Below, in pieces: positions 31,637 to 44,372 of a stretch of 60,502 nucleotides of DNA. Made by a program: the position numbers and the translations under genes. The DNA is taken from the NCBI GenBank assembly GCA_016748015.1, contig JAAOMT010000529.1, positions 348,287-408,788 on the forward strand. The letters are read 5' to 3'. Each line of letters begins with the position of its first letter. Within the stretch, counting starts at the first letter, position 1. The DNA comes from Geosiphon pyriformis uo1 (Eukaryota > Fungi > Glomeromycota). The notes under the pieces are model-generated. The model was not told the DNA's origin. It searched no databases and saw nothing but the letters and a program-made list of their open reading frames with translations.

Positions 31637-33352
31637 GACTGAGCTGAATATACAAAAACTACTTGAAAATTCAATCTGCTCTAACGATTGATAATAAAGG
31701 TCAGTATCAAATCATTTTTATTTGGTCAGATGTAAAACTTCATACCTTATTGTCAAGTAAACATACGATATCACTTTTTAAAACGAAATATTTTTTACGA
31801 GAAAAAATGACAGAATGAAGACTTTTCAATTATCCATAATTTTAAGATAAAAAAGTTTGACAAGCGAAAAAATATGAAAAAGGGTCTCGCAAATACCTTA
31901 TATTCACGTTCTTTGAAACACCGGAAGTTCAGTTGTTTAAAGCAAATAAAGTATTAGTAAAACTTTGTTGAAGATATTAAAATTTTATAAATCAAAATTT
32001 TCCGGCCTATACTGATATTTTCCACAAAATAAAAACTTTCAAGTGAAGCTAAGAATCAGTAATTAGTCAGATGTTTTAATCACAATTGAAAGAATTAGAA
32101 TGATTCGAAAGAGAGGCATTTCGAGAAATAAGTGAAATTCGTAGATACTCTGCTAATTTGGTCTAACAATTAGCTATTTTAAGATTTCCTCATATTTGAA
32201 ACGCAAGTCATCAAATGTTTGGATGCTGCCTCCACTAATAAAACATATATGATTTGTCCTATTGTTATTTCAAATCTTTCATATGGGCCCACTTTCTATC
32301 AATAACATAGCAATTATGATCCTTTGACTCCTTTCAACAGCGAAAATTTTAAAATACATTGGACATTACATTTTTGATATTCATCACTAATTTTTGGAAA
32401 TTTGAAAATGACTTAAGTAAAATCCTGAATGGTGGTATAAAAGACAACTTTCAATTTGATCCATGAACCATTTCGTTCTTACGATTGATGATTTAGGTGA
32501 AAGATGGAAAGATTTTTACTCTATAAAGCTACTTAATTATCACTTTCACTCTCGTAAATTAGATTAAGAAGGACAGAAACGACACATATTTCGCTCTACT
32601 TCTCATGAGAATCCTATAAAAGAAATTTCAGGAGACTTGACCAAACACATGTATTTTTTATCGAAATTTTTATTAACTCATCATCATTGGATTTTTTATT
32701 TCAGCCGTTTTCACCACCTCCCAGTGTTACCACATAAAATTTTTGCCTATCGATAAAAATACTGATTAGTTGTCTGGTATTACTTATTATTTGCCGTCGC
32801 CGTTTCCCTAAAAAAATAAGTGATAAAATCATTGTTCGCTTTATTATTCTTGATTTTCTCTCTTCCTCTCCTTTGCCATTTATCAGCCTATAAGCCAGAT
32901 CTTTTGATTTTAGACTTATTTTTCAACTATCATCATTATTCTGAATCTCATGTACATAATGAATTTGAATATTATTTTAAAAATTAACCTGAGAAAAAAA
33001 TAAGATAACATTACCTTATGCTCTAAATGTTTTACAAATAATTTTTGGGACTAGTTAAATTGGTTCCTAAAGTCAAAATTAAATTATTTTAGAAAATATC
33101 TACTTCTTTTCCGATATTAAAATTAATTTTCCGAAATTACTCAACGAAAATAAAATTCGAAAGCTTCCATTTTGGAATTTAGCAATGTAAAATTTCTTGC
33201 ACCTGAATTTTTTGCTATCATAAAGAAGCCTAGTTAAAAGAAAATTCTGGGAAATCCTCAAGGATTATAAATCATAGAATTTACAAGGTCAAAATCCTTT
33301 TCCAAAATTGATAAATAATAATGTTTCAGAGTTCAGTCTGAGCATTTCAAGT

Positions 33353-34741
33353 CTACCAAGGAGATGATTCTTTTCGTCTTATGGGGTTCGATAGGTCATT
33401 TGGTGATAACCCAGTGCTAGAATAAGAACTATTTGTATAATGACTTTCGTACTCGCCGCTCGGCCTCGGTGATGGGTAAGTGACTGACCTGCTTTCATAC
33501 TCAATACTGGATCGTTGTGAGCCAGGATATGTAGCTGAACGTGTAGTCAGGGGTACATCCAATCCTATAATCGAATCTATGTTGACTTTTAAATTGTTTC
33601 GTCGCCGGTGATTCCTCGATTCTTCGAATTGGGTTCGTCCACGTTCTGACATATAAAAATGGTGGATTTTAATATGAAATAAAATAAAATATCATAAACT
33701 CAAGTGGCCTGAGTACCTTGTATATGAGATGCGATATCGGTGGAAAATGCATAATCTAATGCAGTCCAGCCAGCCGCGTTTTTAACAGCGAAGTGAATAC
33801 CGCGTTCGATCAGCAATGTTACCGCCTATAGTTATTTATTTGTAAATATTTGCCCGGATATCTAAACATTATGATTCTTATTTTGCGCGAATAAAGCAAA
33901 CCTCAGTTCGATCCCAGGCAGCCGCACTAAAAAAAAAATTTATATGTTTGAAAGTTCAAGTTTTGAGCAATATATGGAGATATAAACATAGCAAACATCC
34001 CCTCAACTTACTAATGTAACGCAGTATTTCCTTCATAATCTGTTTGATTTATATCTACACCACATTCCAACAACCACTAGTTGAGAAAGAATTAGTAAAA
34101 AATGATTCACTCTCTGCTAACTTTTACTATTGATACAAATACCTTCATAATATCCATATATTCTTTTTGGGCAGCAAAGATTAAAGCAGTTTGACCCTTT
34201 TTATTTCCCATGTGAATACTATTCGGAAAAAAGCTGGTATATATTTTCATTATCTACAAAAGGAGTTTCGATTAACTCTAGATATTTTTCCGAATAAATA
34301 TAAGTCTTCAAAGTTACCTCGAGATAATTGTACTTTGCAGCAATCATCAATACCGTATTATTTTCAAAGTCCTAGGATTCAAAAGTTATATATAGTATCG
34401 AACTTGAAACTCTTGGGTTATTAAGAATTTTCAAAACATACTTTAGATACTTCGTGTTGTTCGTGACCAGCGTTCAACAAGAATTCGACAGTATGAGCAT
34501 GCCCACTCCTAGTGGCATACATCAACGTAGTCCTAAAAGAGAGAATTTAAGAAAGTTTTCAATTTATATAATGTAAATTTTAAGGACCTCTTGAATATGA
34601 TGAAACCTGAAAACATTTCACATACCAACCATTCTCTGGATCTGGATTTTGTAAATTTGTTTTAAGCATTAGACGTTTGATAAGGTCAATACTACCTTCA
34701 CAAGCAGCCCGCCTTAAACGATTTCTTTCTTCTACTGGCAT
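33353..34741 (-). CDS. Ankyrin-repeat protein, Avo2 (TORC2 subunit)-like, multi-exon; missed by the ORF track
   Basis: ATG at 34741 gives MPVEERNRLRRAACEGSIDLIKRLMLKTNLQNPDPENGW. Next come TTLMYATRSGHAHTVEFLLNAGHE, GNTALH and KNAAGWTALDYA. The last exon is the 33353-33652 ORF, entered at ..CAG|AACGT. Confidence 0.8.
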
Positions 34742-35782
34742 ATTTTTAAATCTAAACTCAAAAAAGAAAATTCAAAATTGGTGGTTGAACGTAATCAAAG
34801 AGCTAGTAATGTCAAAGAGGTAAAAGGAGAGTTGTTTTTCACCAGAAAATTGATGATTGCCTTTTCACTGTAGTTGGCTTTAGAGTTTGCTCAATTGAAA
34901 CGATTGCTGATGAATAAAGGTTATTTGAATGAAATAAATAAAAAATTAAGAGTTTGGGATAATAATATTAATGCAATAAAACTTCCGATCAGTAATAAAG
35001 ATAATACATGCACATTGAAAGGTTTACTAAAATGGGAAACTAAGTTGAGATTTACAAAAATTTCTGCATTGTACAATGTTCGACAAGTCAAACAGCAATA
35101 GGTTGACCCCTGAGTGCTGATAATTTGTCGCGCCCAATCCCGAACTTCTAAATTCTTAATATTTCAGACTGTAGAATTTCAAATTTCTGTTGCTTTTAAT
35201 ATTACATGGCGGATAAAACTTTGCTGGTCGATAATCATTGAGGATCACTATGGAGTAAAAAAATTTTCGAGCTCTATATTTTTCATTCCAAGGGGAAAAA
35301 ATAAAAATAAATTTACATCTTCTCTTTAGTAGGCCAGGCCGTTCAACGTTCTTTTAAACCATCAATTTCAACACTCGACTTTTCAAGGAATGAGAGATTT
35401 TGCATTTAAGTCCTTTGACCAATTCAAATTGAATTCATAATAAAATTAATATAACTCAAAAACAAATATTTTACGAGTATTTATTTAAGCAAAATGTACG
35501 AAATGAAAATCTATCTCCCAAATTAAATTTAAGTTACCAAAGTTTAATAAGGATGCTCATAAATTTTACTAAATAAGTAAAATTTGGCATTCTGAATTCT
35601 TAAGAAACTAATCTGTTTTTAAATTTACTATTGGAAGTAACAAAATTCAGCTTTAAAAGTAGGAATTTCATATTATTTAGAGGAAATTTTTTTAAAAGCT
35701 AGCTAAAAAAATTGTATTTTTGATAGCTTATTAAAATAAATCTTTCCGTTAATAGATCAAGGAAATGGTAAATTATTTACTT

Positions 35783-38419
35783 TTACGATTGTCCTTTGTT
35801 ATATTTGCCTAAATCAAGACCAAGCTGACGATAATAATCATTATCTAACCATTCTTTTTGAAAATTTTGGTACTGCTTCAATATCTCTTTCGGAGTAAAT
35901 TTTTGATTTTTTGGTTTCTGAAGAGTGTTGGATAGGACATGATTTTGATTTGATTTGTTATTTTGCCGCGTGTTAAAATCTTTATTATTTTCTACCTTGC
36001 TTAAGATTGATTTGTTCGATGAAAGTTTATTATCGGAATAACAATCATCGGCATCTAATCCTTCTTGAAGGCTCAACTCTTCACAAAGAGCCATATGGGC
36101 TATTTCCAAAACTTCTTCGATAGAACTATCTTTCCTGCGCTTGGTGTCAGCAATAAATGAATTTTTAATTACAGTAGGAGCAGGAAGGAACGGGTCAGAG
36201 TGACAACCATCATTTGAATATTCGCTACTTTCCAAGGCTTCATCAATCAAGCCTTTCTGCGCAACTTCATTGCTCAGGAACTGGGTATCAGTTTTTTGCA
36301 TGTAGGATCCTTGCATTTGCGTTCTTTTCAAAATATTTTTACTGGATTGCTTGTTTTTTTGGTGAACTTCTTGTTTCAAAGTGAATGACGCCTTGTAACT
36401 TTTTGGATGGATTTGAAAAATATCCCACTGCCAATTCCGACTACAATTGTATTTTTTTGCACATGAAGCCTTCTTCATCTTGAGCTGTTTTTTATTATTT
36501 CCTCTTTTTACTCGAGGTTTAAATTTTCGAAAAACTTTTGACGCGAGTTTCCTGGCCGCAATATAGCTTTCCTCCGCTTTAAAAAAAGAGCCAGGCTTTG
36601 GCTCCAAAATAACAGCAGACTTTTTATTGCTGTCATCTGTTATCCATGAATAAACTTTTGTATACGTCTTTTGAGTAATGACATCAAAATTGATGCCAAC
36701 TGCTTTGATTAGTTTTTCAAAAGTCAAATACTGAGGCAGAGTGATCATAAGCTTGTTGCCGTTGTAGCCTTGGCGTTTTAGAAAATCGTCATAAACGTCA
36801 TATGGCATTAAAAATCCTATCATCGCGTGGATTTCTCTTTGAGCGGTGAGATGGCTATTGTGAGGAGATAGTTTGATTGGAGTAATTTCAATTGCTCGAT
36901 ATCGTAATAATTTGTCTTCAACAAAGATAATTTTGGTATCGGTTTTATCAGCAATTCTTCGAAGTTCAGAGTCATCAATTTGTTCTGAATTTATTTCTGT
37001 GGGAATTGGAATTTTCAAGTTAAATGAGAGATGTTTTTGAGATGGGATAAGCTTTTCCACCTGACGGGCCGCATTTTGAACCTGCTCCTGATCAATGTCT
37101 GGGTTGATGACGGACTTCGTCAAACTGCGTATGACTATAAAGTATTCTGTATAGTTTGATTTTTGAGTTTTTTTGAGAGTTGATTTAAGGCGAATTTTGG
37201 TTCCTGATGCCTTAGCTATTTCTTGAAGCCGTTTATAGCCGTGACTTTGCTTAAAGAAATTCACACATTTTTTGGGAATCGGTATGGTAATTTTGAATTT
37301 TTTGCTAGCTTTTTGAGAAAATTTTGACTCAACGTGTATTTCTTTGTTTTTCATTTTATTGGATTCCAAGAGGCATTCTTTATTTTCTTCAACTTCGTAA
37401 TGGGACGATTTGGTTGTCAATGTAAATTCTGTTTTTCCTAAGTCGTTTATATCATTCAGAGAATGTGTAGGTGAATTTGATAAAGAATTTTTTGATATCA
37501 AATTAGATGATCTTTGGATTGTATCTAAATTTTCATCACTAATTTTTATTGAATGGTTTTTCATTTTAATAGAATCGAACGGTGGTAAAAGAGAAAACTC
37601 TGAATTTGAAGTCAATCCAGATACTGAAGTGGATGAATTTTGAGCAATTTTTGCATCCAGGGTTAATTGTGATGGCGAGATTATTGTTTCCTGGTCAAGG
37701 TTATATTTTTGTACAAGGGATTTTTCCCCAGTTGTTTTTTCTCGAGGATTTTCCACAAAAAGCTCAATGTTGGGCGATCTAGTCAGAGATGGTTGGAATT
37801 GATAAGAGGTTCCAGGAGAAATACACTCATCTGATTCAGCATCGCCTACTTGTGAATCTTGACTATAATCAGGCGGGATGGTAAGGACCCTATCACTGTT
37901 TTGTGATGAACCTTCAACCGCCTCAAATTTTTGACTTTCAACATAATCAAACAATATTTGAATTTGGGAGACTGCGTCTGCAACTAAATCAACTGGAATA
38001 TCCTCATTCCTTCTTTTGCTTTCAATGACAACATATGGTCTATTTTCGTATCTCCGAATCCGTAATATGGTTTTGGTTAGTTGGCCAATCTCCTCCAAAC
38101 GATCTCGCGCATAATAGGAAAATTTGGCGAGACTAATAGAATCTGGGGGTTTTACATGATTTGTAGATCCACTCCAATTTCTAAATAAATTTTCAAGCTC
38201 CAATTTAGTTTTGATTATTTGCTGAGCAGTTAAAGGTTTCGATAAATTTTTGTGTGGTGATATGATGATTCTTGGCCAGTCATCAGTGGATGTAAAGTGT
38301 AGACACGTGCTTGTCCTATTCGCAATACGGCGAAGATTTTCCCACTTTTTCTCCTTTAAACAATGTGTCCCAACGTCAATTGGGATTTCCATAATTTCCT
38401 CATAGCCGATATTTTGCAT
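35783..38419 (-). CDS. Intronless multi-KH-like (degenerate) putative RNA-binding protein, paralog of 44373-46631
   Basis: Repeated units (IPI..........L..IA..(S/T)GTKI). It aligns to the 44373 protein from MQNIGYEEIMEIPI (ATG 38419; the ORF is open to 38545). It shares the C-terminal WLDNDYYRQLGLDLGK. Confidence 0.75.
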   Translation of the reverse strand: MQNIGYEEIMEIPIDVGTHCLKEKKWENLRRIANRTSTCLHFTSTDDWPRIIISPHKNLSKPLTAQQIIKTKLELENLFRNWSGSTNHVKPPDSISLAKFSYYARDRLEEIGQLTKTILRIRRYENRPYVVIESKRRNEDIPVDLVADAVSQIQILFDYVESQKFEAVEGSSQNSDRVLTIPPDYSQDSQVGDAESDECISPGTSYQFQPSLTRSPNIELFVENPREKTTGEKSLVQKYNLDQETIISPSQLTLDAKIAQNSSTSVSGLTSNSEFSLLPPFDSIKMKNHSIKISDENLDTIQRSSNLISKNSLSNSPTHSLNDINDLGKTEFTLTTKSSHYEVEENKECLLESNKMKNKEIHVESKFSQKASKKFKITIPIPKKCVNFFKQSHGYKRLQEIAKASGTKIRLKSTLKKTQKSNYTEYFIVIRSLTKSVINPDIDQEQVQNAARQVEKLIPSQKHLSFNLKIPIPTEINSEQIDDSELRRIADKTDTKIIFVEDKLLRYRAIEITPIKLSPHNSHLTAQREIHAMIGFLMPYDVYDDFLKRQGYNGNKLMITLPQYLTFEKLIKAVGINFDVITQKTYTKVYSWITDDSNKKSAVILEPKPGSFFKAEESYIAARKLASKVFRKFKPRVKRGNNKKQLKMKKASCAKKYNCSRNWQWDIFQIHPKSYKASFTLKQEVHQKNKQSSKNILKRTQMQGSYMQKTDTQFLSNEVAQKGLIDEALESSEYSNDGCHSDPFLPAPTVIKNSFIADTKRRKDSSIEEVLEIAHMALCEELSLQEGLDADDCYSDNKLSSNKSILSKVENNKDFNTRQNNKSNQNHVLSNTLQKPKNQKFTPKEILKQYQNFQKEWLDNDYYRQLGLDLGKYNKGQS

Positions 38420-40461
38420 TGGTGTCTTTGCAAAATAAAATTGCAAAGCGCAAATGAAATATTGGAAAGAGTACGTTGTGCGTGAGAATAAATTCCGTGT
38501 ACAGTTTTCAACGGGTGTGTGACCGTTCTTATGCATTGTTGACATTTTATCGTGAATGGTTAGATTATCTGATCAGTTATTTCATGAATCACAGAAAATA
38601 TTGCTGATCAAAATAGCTCTCTGATTTAATTTTTAAAAGGAGTATTCTAAAACTCATTCACATTGCTAAAGTATCCCATAAATTTGAATATATACTTTGT
38701 TATTATTTTTTCCATTTCCGATTTTATAAAATGAAAACATTGAATTGACAGGAATGTAGGTTCAAGTAAACTATCAATTTTGAGGTAAAATAATGTGGAG
38801 AACTTATTCTTGCTGAAACGTTAAAGGATATATTAAACTATGAATAAATTGAAATCATAATAAAACTTAAATCACAAAACACTTTACCTACAAAAAGACG
38901 AACGAAATAATATGAGCTTTGAAATAATGCTCATTTATGAGTTCATCGATCTGAATTTGGAGCTTAATCAGTTTGTTAAAAATATCAAATAAACAAAAAT
39001 TTCAGAGGGCAATACTTTTTAGCATCTAAAGTTTTTTATGTATTCTTCGTTAGCTTTGAAAACATCTAACATAATACTAATAGATTGAACATTAATTTTA
39101 TCTTTTATAAATTTTCACTACTATTATTATTGCCTATAAATGATTATAAGTTTTTAATATGAGACAGTCCAAAATATATTTTGGTCATAATATATATTCG
39201 ACTTATATATTACACAAGATTGTATTTCAATATTTGTTGATACACTTTTTTATTTGTTTTTCATTAATTTACATAAATATTATATTATTTTTAATAAAAA
39301 CAGCAATAATAGTAAGTCTAAAAGTTCAAAAATAGCTTGGTTCTTATATAAGATTATATTTTTAATCCTTTTTTATATTATATAGAAATAACTAATTTTT
39401 GTTATATATAACTTATGGCTAAAATATTTTCTAATTAAACTATAAAAATATTTAAATTTTAAATAAAAGTTACTTATTTTCAAATTGTTAAAATATTAAT
39501 AAATAATTTATAATATTTTAATTACAAATACAATAAATAATTACTTAATTAAATATCAGTAAAATAAATTTTTTTAATTTTTTATGAATTAATTTTACAT
39601 AATATTTATTTTTAGTACTAATAAATAAATAGATTTTATAAAATTAACAAATAAACAATATATAAATATATATTAAATGTGAATTTATTTATTTAATTGA
39701 ATTTTTTTATTAAAAAATAGTTTTTTAATTATTATTTTTGCGTATTTATTTGTATTAATTTAATATATTCAAAATTTTATTAGTGGTTGAAACTTAAAAA
39801 TAAATTCAAGTAAATATTTTTAATAATAATATATTAAAATTCTTATATAAATTAATAAATTAAATTAAAATTTTTTTTTTATGCTTTATTTTTTTAAAGC
39901 TTTTAATTAATTAAAAGCTTTAATTATTAAATTATAAAGCATAATTTAAACATTTTTTAATAAATAAAATAATTATTAAATTGAGATTTTATTAATGTAA
40001 CATGTAAAATTCATATTTAAAAAAAATAAATATTTAATAAATAAGTTAAAATATATAAAAACAAAAAAACTTAATATATTATAACCATAAAATCTTAAAT
40101 CTTAATAATTCTATAAAATAAAAAACTGCTTTAGTTGCTTTTTGCCTATTATTGGCAAAATAAATTTACAAATATTTTTCAACACTAAAAACTTAATGCT
40201 AATAATTTCTCTACCTAATGTAAAAAATTATTTTTTAAAGCAGAAATTTTAAAAATTTTGGTCAATTCTGATAGGCTTAAAAAAAACTCTAATAAGGAAA
40301 TGAATGTCCGCATAAACGTACTAAAATCACATTACATAGTTCTTCCGGCATCATCTACGATCATTACCTAATGAGGAAAACATCCTTTGATAAGTTTGAT
40401 TACGGAGTTTATTATTTATAACCATTCTAGATTCCAAAATTAGCATTGTAGTACGACCACT

Positions 40462-41670
40462 ATGGCTTCTAATCTTCCCCAGCTATGTCTTGACGAAATC
40501 TTTGTAAATTTGGCTGCTGATACGGTGTCCTTATTTTCATGTCTTAAAGTAAATCGGCACTGGTGTCGAGCAGCTGTCAAAACTTTGTGGCGAGATCCTT
40601 TATCATTAAAGTCACGCAGGAAGCTTTCCTATCCACTTGCACTTTGCCTCGATGATGAAGATAAGCGCCAACAATCAGAAAAATTGCTCTATAAGCAACC
40701 CTTGTTTCGCTATTTAGCATTCATCAAAACTTTAGATCTGCCCTTATTGGTTAGTGCTACCATTGGAGCAGATTTCGGTGATTTGAATTTTAATAAAGCC
40801 GAAGCCAATTTACCTTTGGTTAAAGCCATACTTCACAAAAAGGTCACAGGAGATGACCATGGCGTTCTCACCACACTCAATCTGGATTTCATGGTTTCTA
40901 CAGTGAAAGAACAACGATTCTTGAATCGTCGGTTTTCTATTAAAGCATCAAATTTTACTGCAGACGATAGTTATATTTTGTTCAACTTACCTAACGCTTG
41001 GATATCACTCTCAAATCTACGAAGCTTGACGGTCTGTGACAAGAATTCATTCCAGATTCTCTGTTTAGCTTCTCAAATAAGTCCAAATATTTCAGAACTA
41101 TATATTAGTCTATATGTTGAAAATGAAATTTTGAATAATAAGGAGTTATGTGGAATTTCATCATTACTTCCTCTTCTTCAATCTTGGCCTCAACTCTCTA
41201 TTTTATCTTTCGCTGAGGGCGTGAATCGCCCTTGGGATCATACTATGATGATAGCGGATGATTTTTTGATTGGTCTTGCAAAATTTCTCCCACCAAATAC
41301 CTTTGAACACTTAATACTTGACGCTAAATTCAGCTTTACTGCATCAGCTTTGGCAAAATTTTATGAGACAATTGAAGCGAAAATTAGAAGAATCTCGCTT
41401 CAAAAAGCACATCGATTACAGGACGAACATCTTGAAATCTTCTGCATCCACGCGGAAAAGGGTTTGATTGAGCTTGATATCTCATCTTCAAAATGTATAA
41501 GTGAAGAAGCTTTGTCCGAAGCGTTAATTTTTATACCAGTTATTCATCTCAATTTAGAAGAACCAACTACAGATTATGATAGCGATCCTAATTACGATAC
41601 TGAATGGCAAGATCAGTATAATGACTTTGAAGAAACTTATGGTCCGCTAGATTTTCTAGACTTACTTTAG
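40462..41670 (+). CDS. F-box / RNI-like LRR protein (single exon)
   Basis: N-terminal LPQLCLDEIF..L..D..SLFSCLKVNRHWCRAAV..LWRDP and PLFRYLAFIKTLD are typical of Glomeromycotina F-box proteins. A leucine-rich region and an acidic tail follow. Confidence 0.85.
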   Translation: MASNLPQLCLDEIFVNLAADTVSLFSCLKVNRHWCRAAVKTLWRDPLSLKSRRKLSYPLALCLDDEDKRQQSEKLLYKQPLFRYLAFIKTLDLPLLVSATIGADFGDLNFNKAEANLPLVKAILHKKVTGDDHGVLTTLNLDFMVSTVKEQRFLNRRFSIKASNFTADDSYILFNLPNAWISLSNLRSLTVCDKNSFQILCLASQISPNISELYISLYVENEILNNKELCGISSLLPLLQSWPQLSILSFAEGVNRPWDHTMMIADDFLIGLAKFLPPNTFEHLILDAKFSFTASALAKFYETIEAKIRRISLQKAHRLQDEHLEIFCIHAEKGLIELDISSSKCISEEALSEALIFIPVIHLNLEEPTTDYDSDPNYDTEWQDQYNDFEETYGPLDFLDLL

Positions 41671-42164
41671 AGTCATTCCTCTTCTCTATCAGATGGATCG
41701 TGCGCTTCGTTAAGTCTAAAAATTTCAATCCTCGCTTAAGGGTAGTCTAAAAAAGGTTATTCGGTTTTAAATGAAAGATCTTCATTTAACGTTAGACTTT
41801 AATTATAAATATGCCTATGGCAATGCAATGCTCTTTCGGAACAGGTAGGAGGTGTAACAATATTTCTGACGAGTTATGTATTTATCAAATATTAAATAAG
41901 TGAAACTGAGAATGATTCTTAAATTATAAAGTAACTTTTATGCAAAAGATGAGGAAATTCAATTTTTCAATAATTCTCTGCATTCAAAATAATGAACGTC
42001 CAATTTGGCTGCAATTTAATTCAAAATACTGATATCTTTTGCATCATGTAAATCTGCTAATCTGAGATGCGTGATACTGTAGATCTCTGATCCCAAATTA
42101 AATCAGCAGGGAGAAATTTCTTTGAAACTTAACCCTAAAATTTTCAGAGTGCAACTGAACGACA

Positions 42165-43563
42165 ATGAGAACACCACCGAGGAGAGAATACCAATATCAT
42201 CGAATTATCGGGGAATGGTATGAACGGAACGCTAATCGTAAAGGATGGCTTAATAAAAATGGCAGTATATTTCCAATATCGGTGCAAAGCTTGTGTGATT
42301 ATATCCAACTCAAATCGGCTCGTTGTGAAATTTCAACAATTCTGAGTTATGTGAATGCACTGGGAAAATATCAAGCAGATATGTACCATGTTTACTCAAA
42401 TTGGGATAATATTCGATATCATCCTGAAGTTCAGAATACTCTGACACGTTGTGCCAGAGAAAAAAGGCATTTACAAAAGCAACAGGACGAAAGCCATTGT
42501 AGACCGAAGAATGTATCAAATTTGGCAGAATCGTCTACTTCTGCAAGTGAACAGGCTTCAGGAATTCCAGGTGAAAATTTCAAGATGCCCTTACTAGATT
42601 GTAATATGAAGGGTATAGAGATAAACGATCAAATATCTCATCATGAACGTCGAGCAAAGAACAATTATGCCGATATTTTTGAATTGAATGGGCGGGAATC
42701 TGAACGCAGAGGTTAATATTCTGAAATATGAAACAATTTCAAATATCTGATTTTTATCAAAACTTGATATTTTCTAGGAAAAGGGGATGCCTTACTAAAG
42801 AGAAACCCAAACTTGAATAAAAATCAAAAAAATCCTTTCGCTTATAGTCCAGAGAATGAGGTCTCTTTATACCAAAGCCGAATGCTCATTAAACCTCCAT
42901 TCAGTAAGGGAAACACTGATGCAATTGGTGATTATTCAACACTGAAATATTTCATAAAGTCTCAAAGCGAACTAATAGATTTACTCTACCAATCATACAA
43001 AGATGAAAATTCCATTCCGACTTTAACAACCAATCCAAGTATTCCCGTTGTAAATCTTATTGAGGACAATAATCCCGTCCATCCAAAATCTTTAATTCCA
43101 ATTAAGATTGAAGTCCTTCCTAGTGCTACCCCGCTACTGATGAAATATGCTAATGGGAATGAAGTTGGTATCAAAATCACAAAGAAAATTTTCCAAACAC
43201 ATATCTCTATATTAATTTCATAACTTTCAACTATAGTTTGAACTATTGCGCTTCGATGTTTTGACGCTTACTTATTTGACAGTTCTCAAATCCAAGTATA
43301 CGGGTAACTGCCCACACCATCCTGCTGGTTGTTATCCTTTAGACCAGGATCGCCATATGATTTTGACCCCACGAATGTTTAAAGATTGGGCTATGTTGAT
43401 GGTAAGTAAACTCCTCCCTATGGCATGTATATAAAATTTTTGGTCATGTTTTTTACTTTAGGCTGCTGATGATGCCGACAACCGAGTAACTAGAGAAAGC
43501 CTTCCACAATTTCAAGAAATGCCAGAATTTTGGGTGGACCATGCGGTTTATATTCAAGAATAA
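42165..43563 (+). CDS. 4-exon protein with an N-terminal tyrosine-recombinase core-binding (integrase SAM-like) domain and a C-terminal Cys/His motif
   Basis: Exons 42165-42711, 42778-43163, 43237-43401 and 43462-43563 join in frame. The N-terminus (Y..II.EWYER....GW....IFPISVQSLCDYI.......STILSYVNAL..Y......W..IRYHPEVQNTL) resembles the CB domain of DIRS/Crypton recombinases, judged by eye. The C-terminus has CPHHPAGC...HMILTPRMFKDWA. Confidence 0.7.
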
Positions 43564-44372
43564 ACCACAATTTGGCCATTCCAATATTTCAACTTTAAAG
43601 CTTTATTCTCTATAGAATTTTTTCAGTATTAATCTGGTTTTAGAGCTCCAATATGTCAAATTTTGAGGGTTTGCTACTCATTTTATATTCCTTCGGCTTC
43701 AACAAAATCGATAGAAATCTAATGTAGGATCGCCTAAAATGAAGTAATGATTAAAAATGTCTATAGAAATTTTTTTGAAAAAGAAAACATTAAATAATTA
43801 GCAGCTTGGTAATGCGAACTTTATTATTAAGCAGCCTTTTCCACGAAACCAGAAAACGTCAATCAGGAAGTTTTTTTAAAAAATGCATTTCTCTTGTGAG
43901 GAAAATCAGTGGGCTTCGGAAAATATTTTGGAAGATGTACATATATCTGTTTTAGATATTCAGTATCGTTGACCGATTCAGGAGAAAGTTATTGCTCTCA
44001 TTAACTTTTTGGGAGGTTTGTCGGGGACGGTTTACTCAAAGGAGTTCTTTGGGTTTCAAAGATTAAAAATCTATCTCTCCATTTGAATCAGCGATGTTTA
44101 TCACGATTATCTGATATCTGTGAGCTTTCGAAGTCATATTTTGGTTAGTTAATTAGATTGATCACGATACGCCCAACACATTATCTTTCTTAATAGGCTA
44201 CCAATTTAAAATTAATTTTAAGGGGCCCAAATGTATTCAATCTTTTTACTGCGGAACAGAATTTAAAATCTGGAGCTGTATCTTAGTTTACAAATTTTCC
44301 CACGTTCAAAAATATCTTTTGGTTCCCAAGGAGAAACGTTAAGATTCAAAGCGGAATTGACAAAACCCGATA

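Noticed and set aside
32100-32780. Possible pseudogene between ARG4 and the ankyrin gene
   Set aside because: Only short interrupted frames; I could not assign a family.
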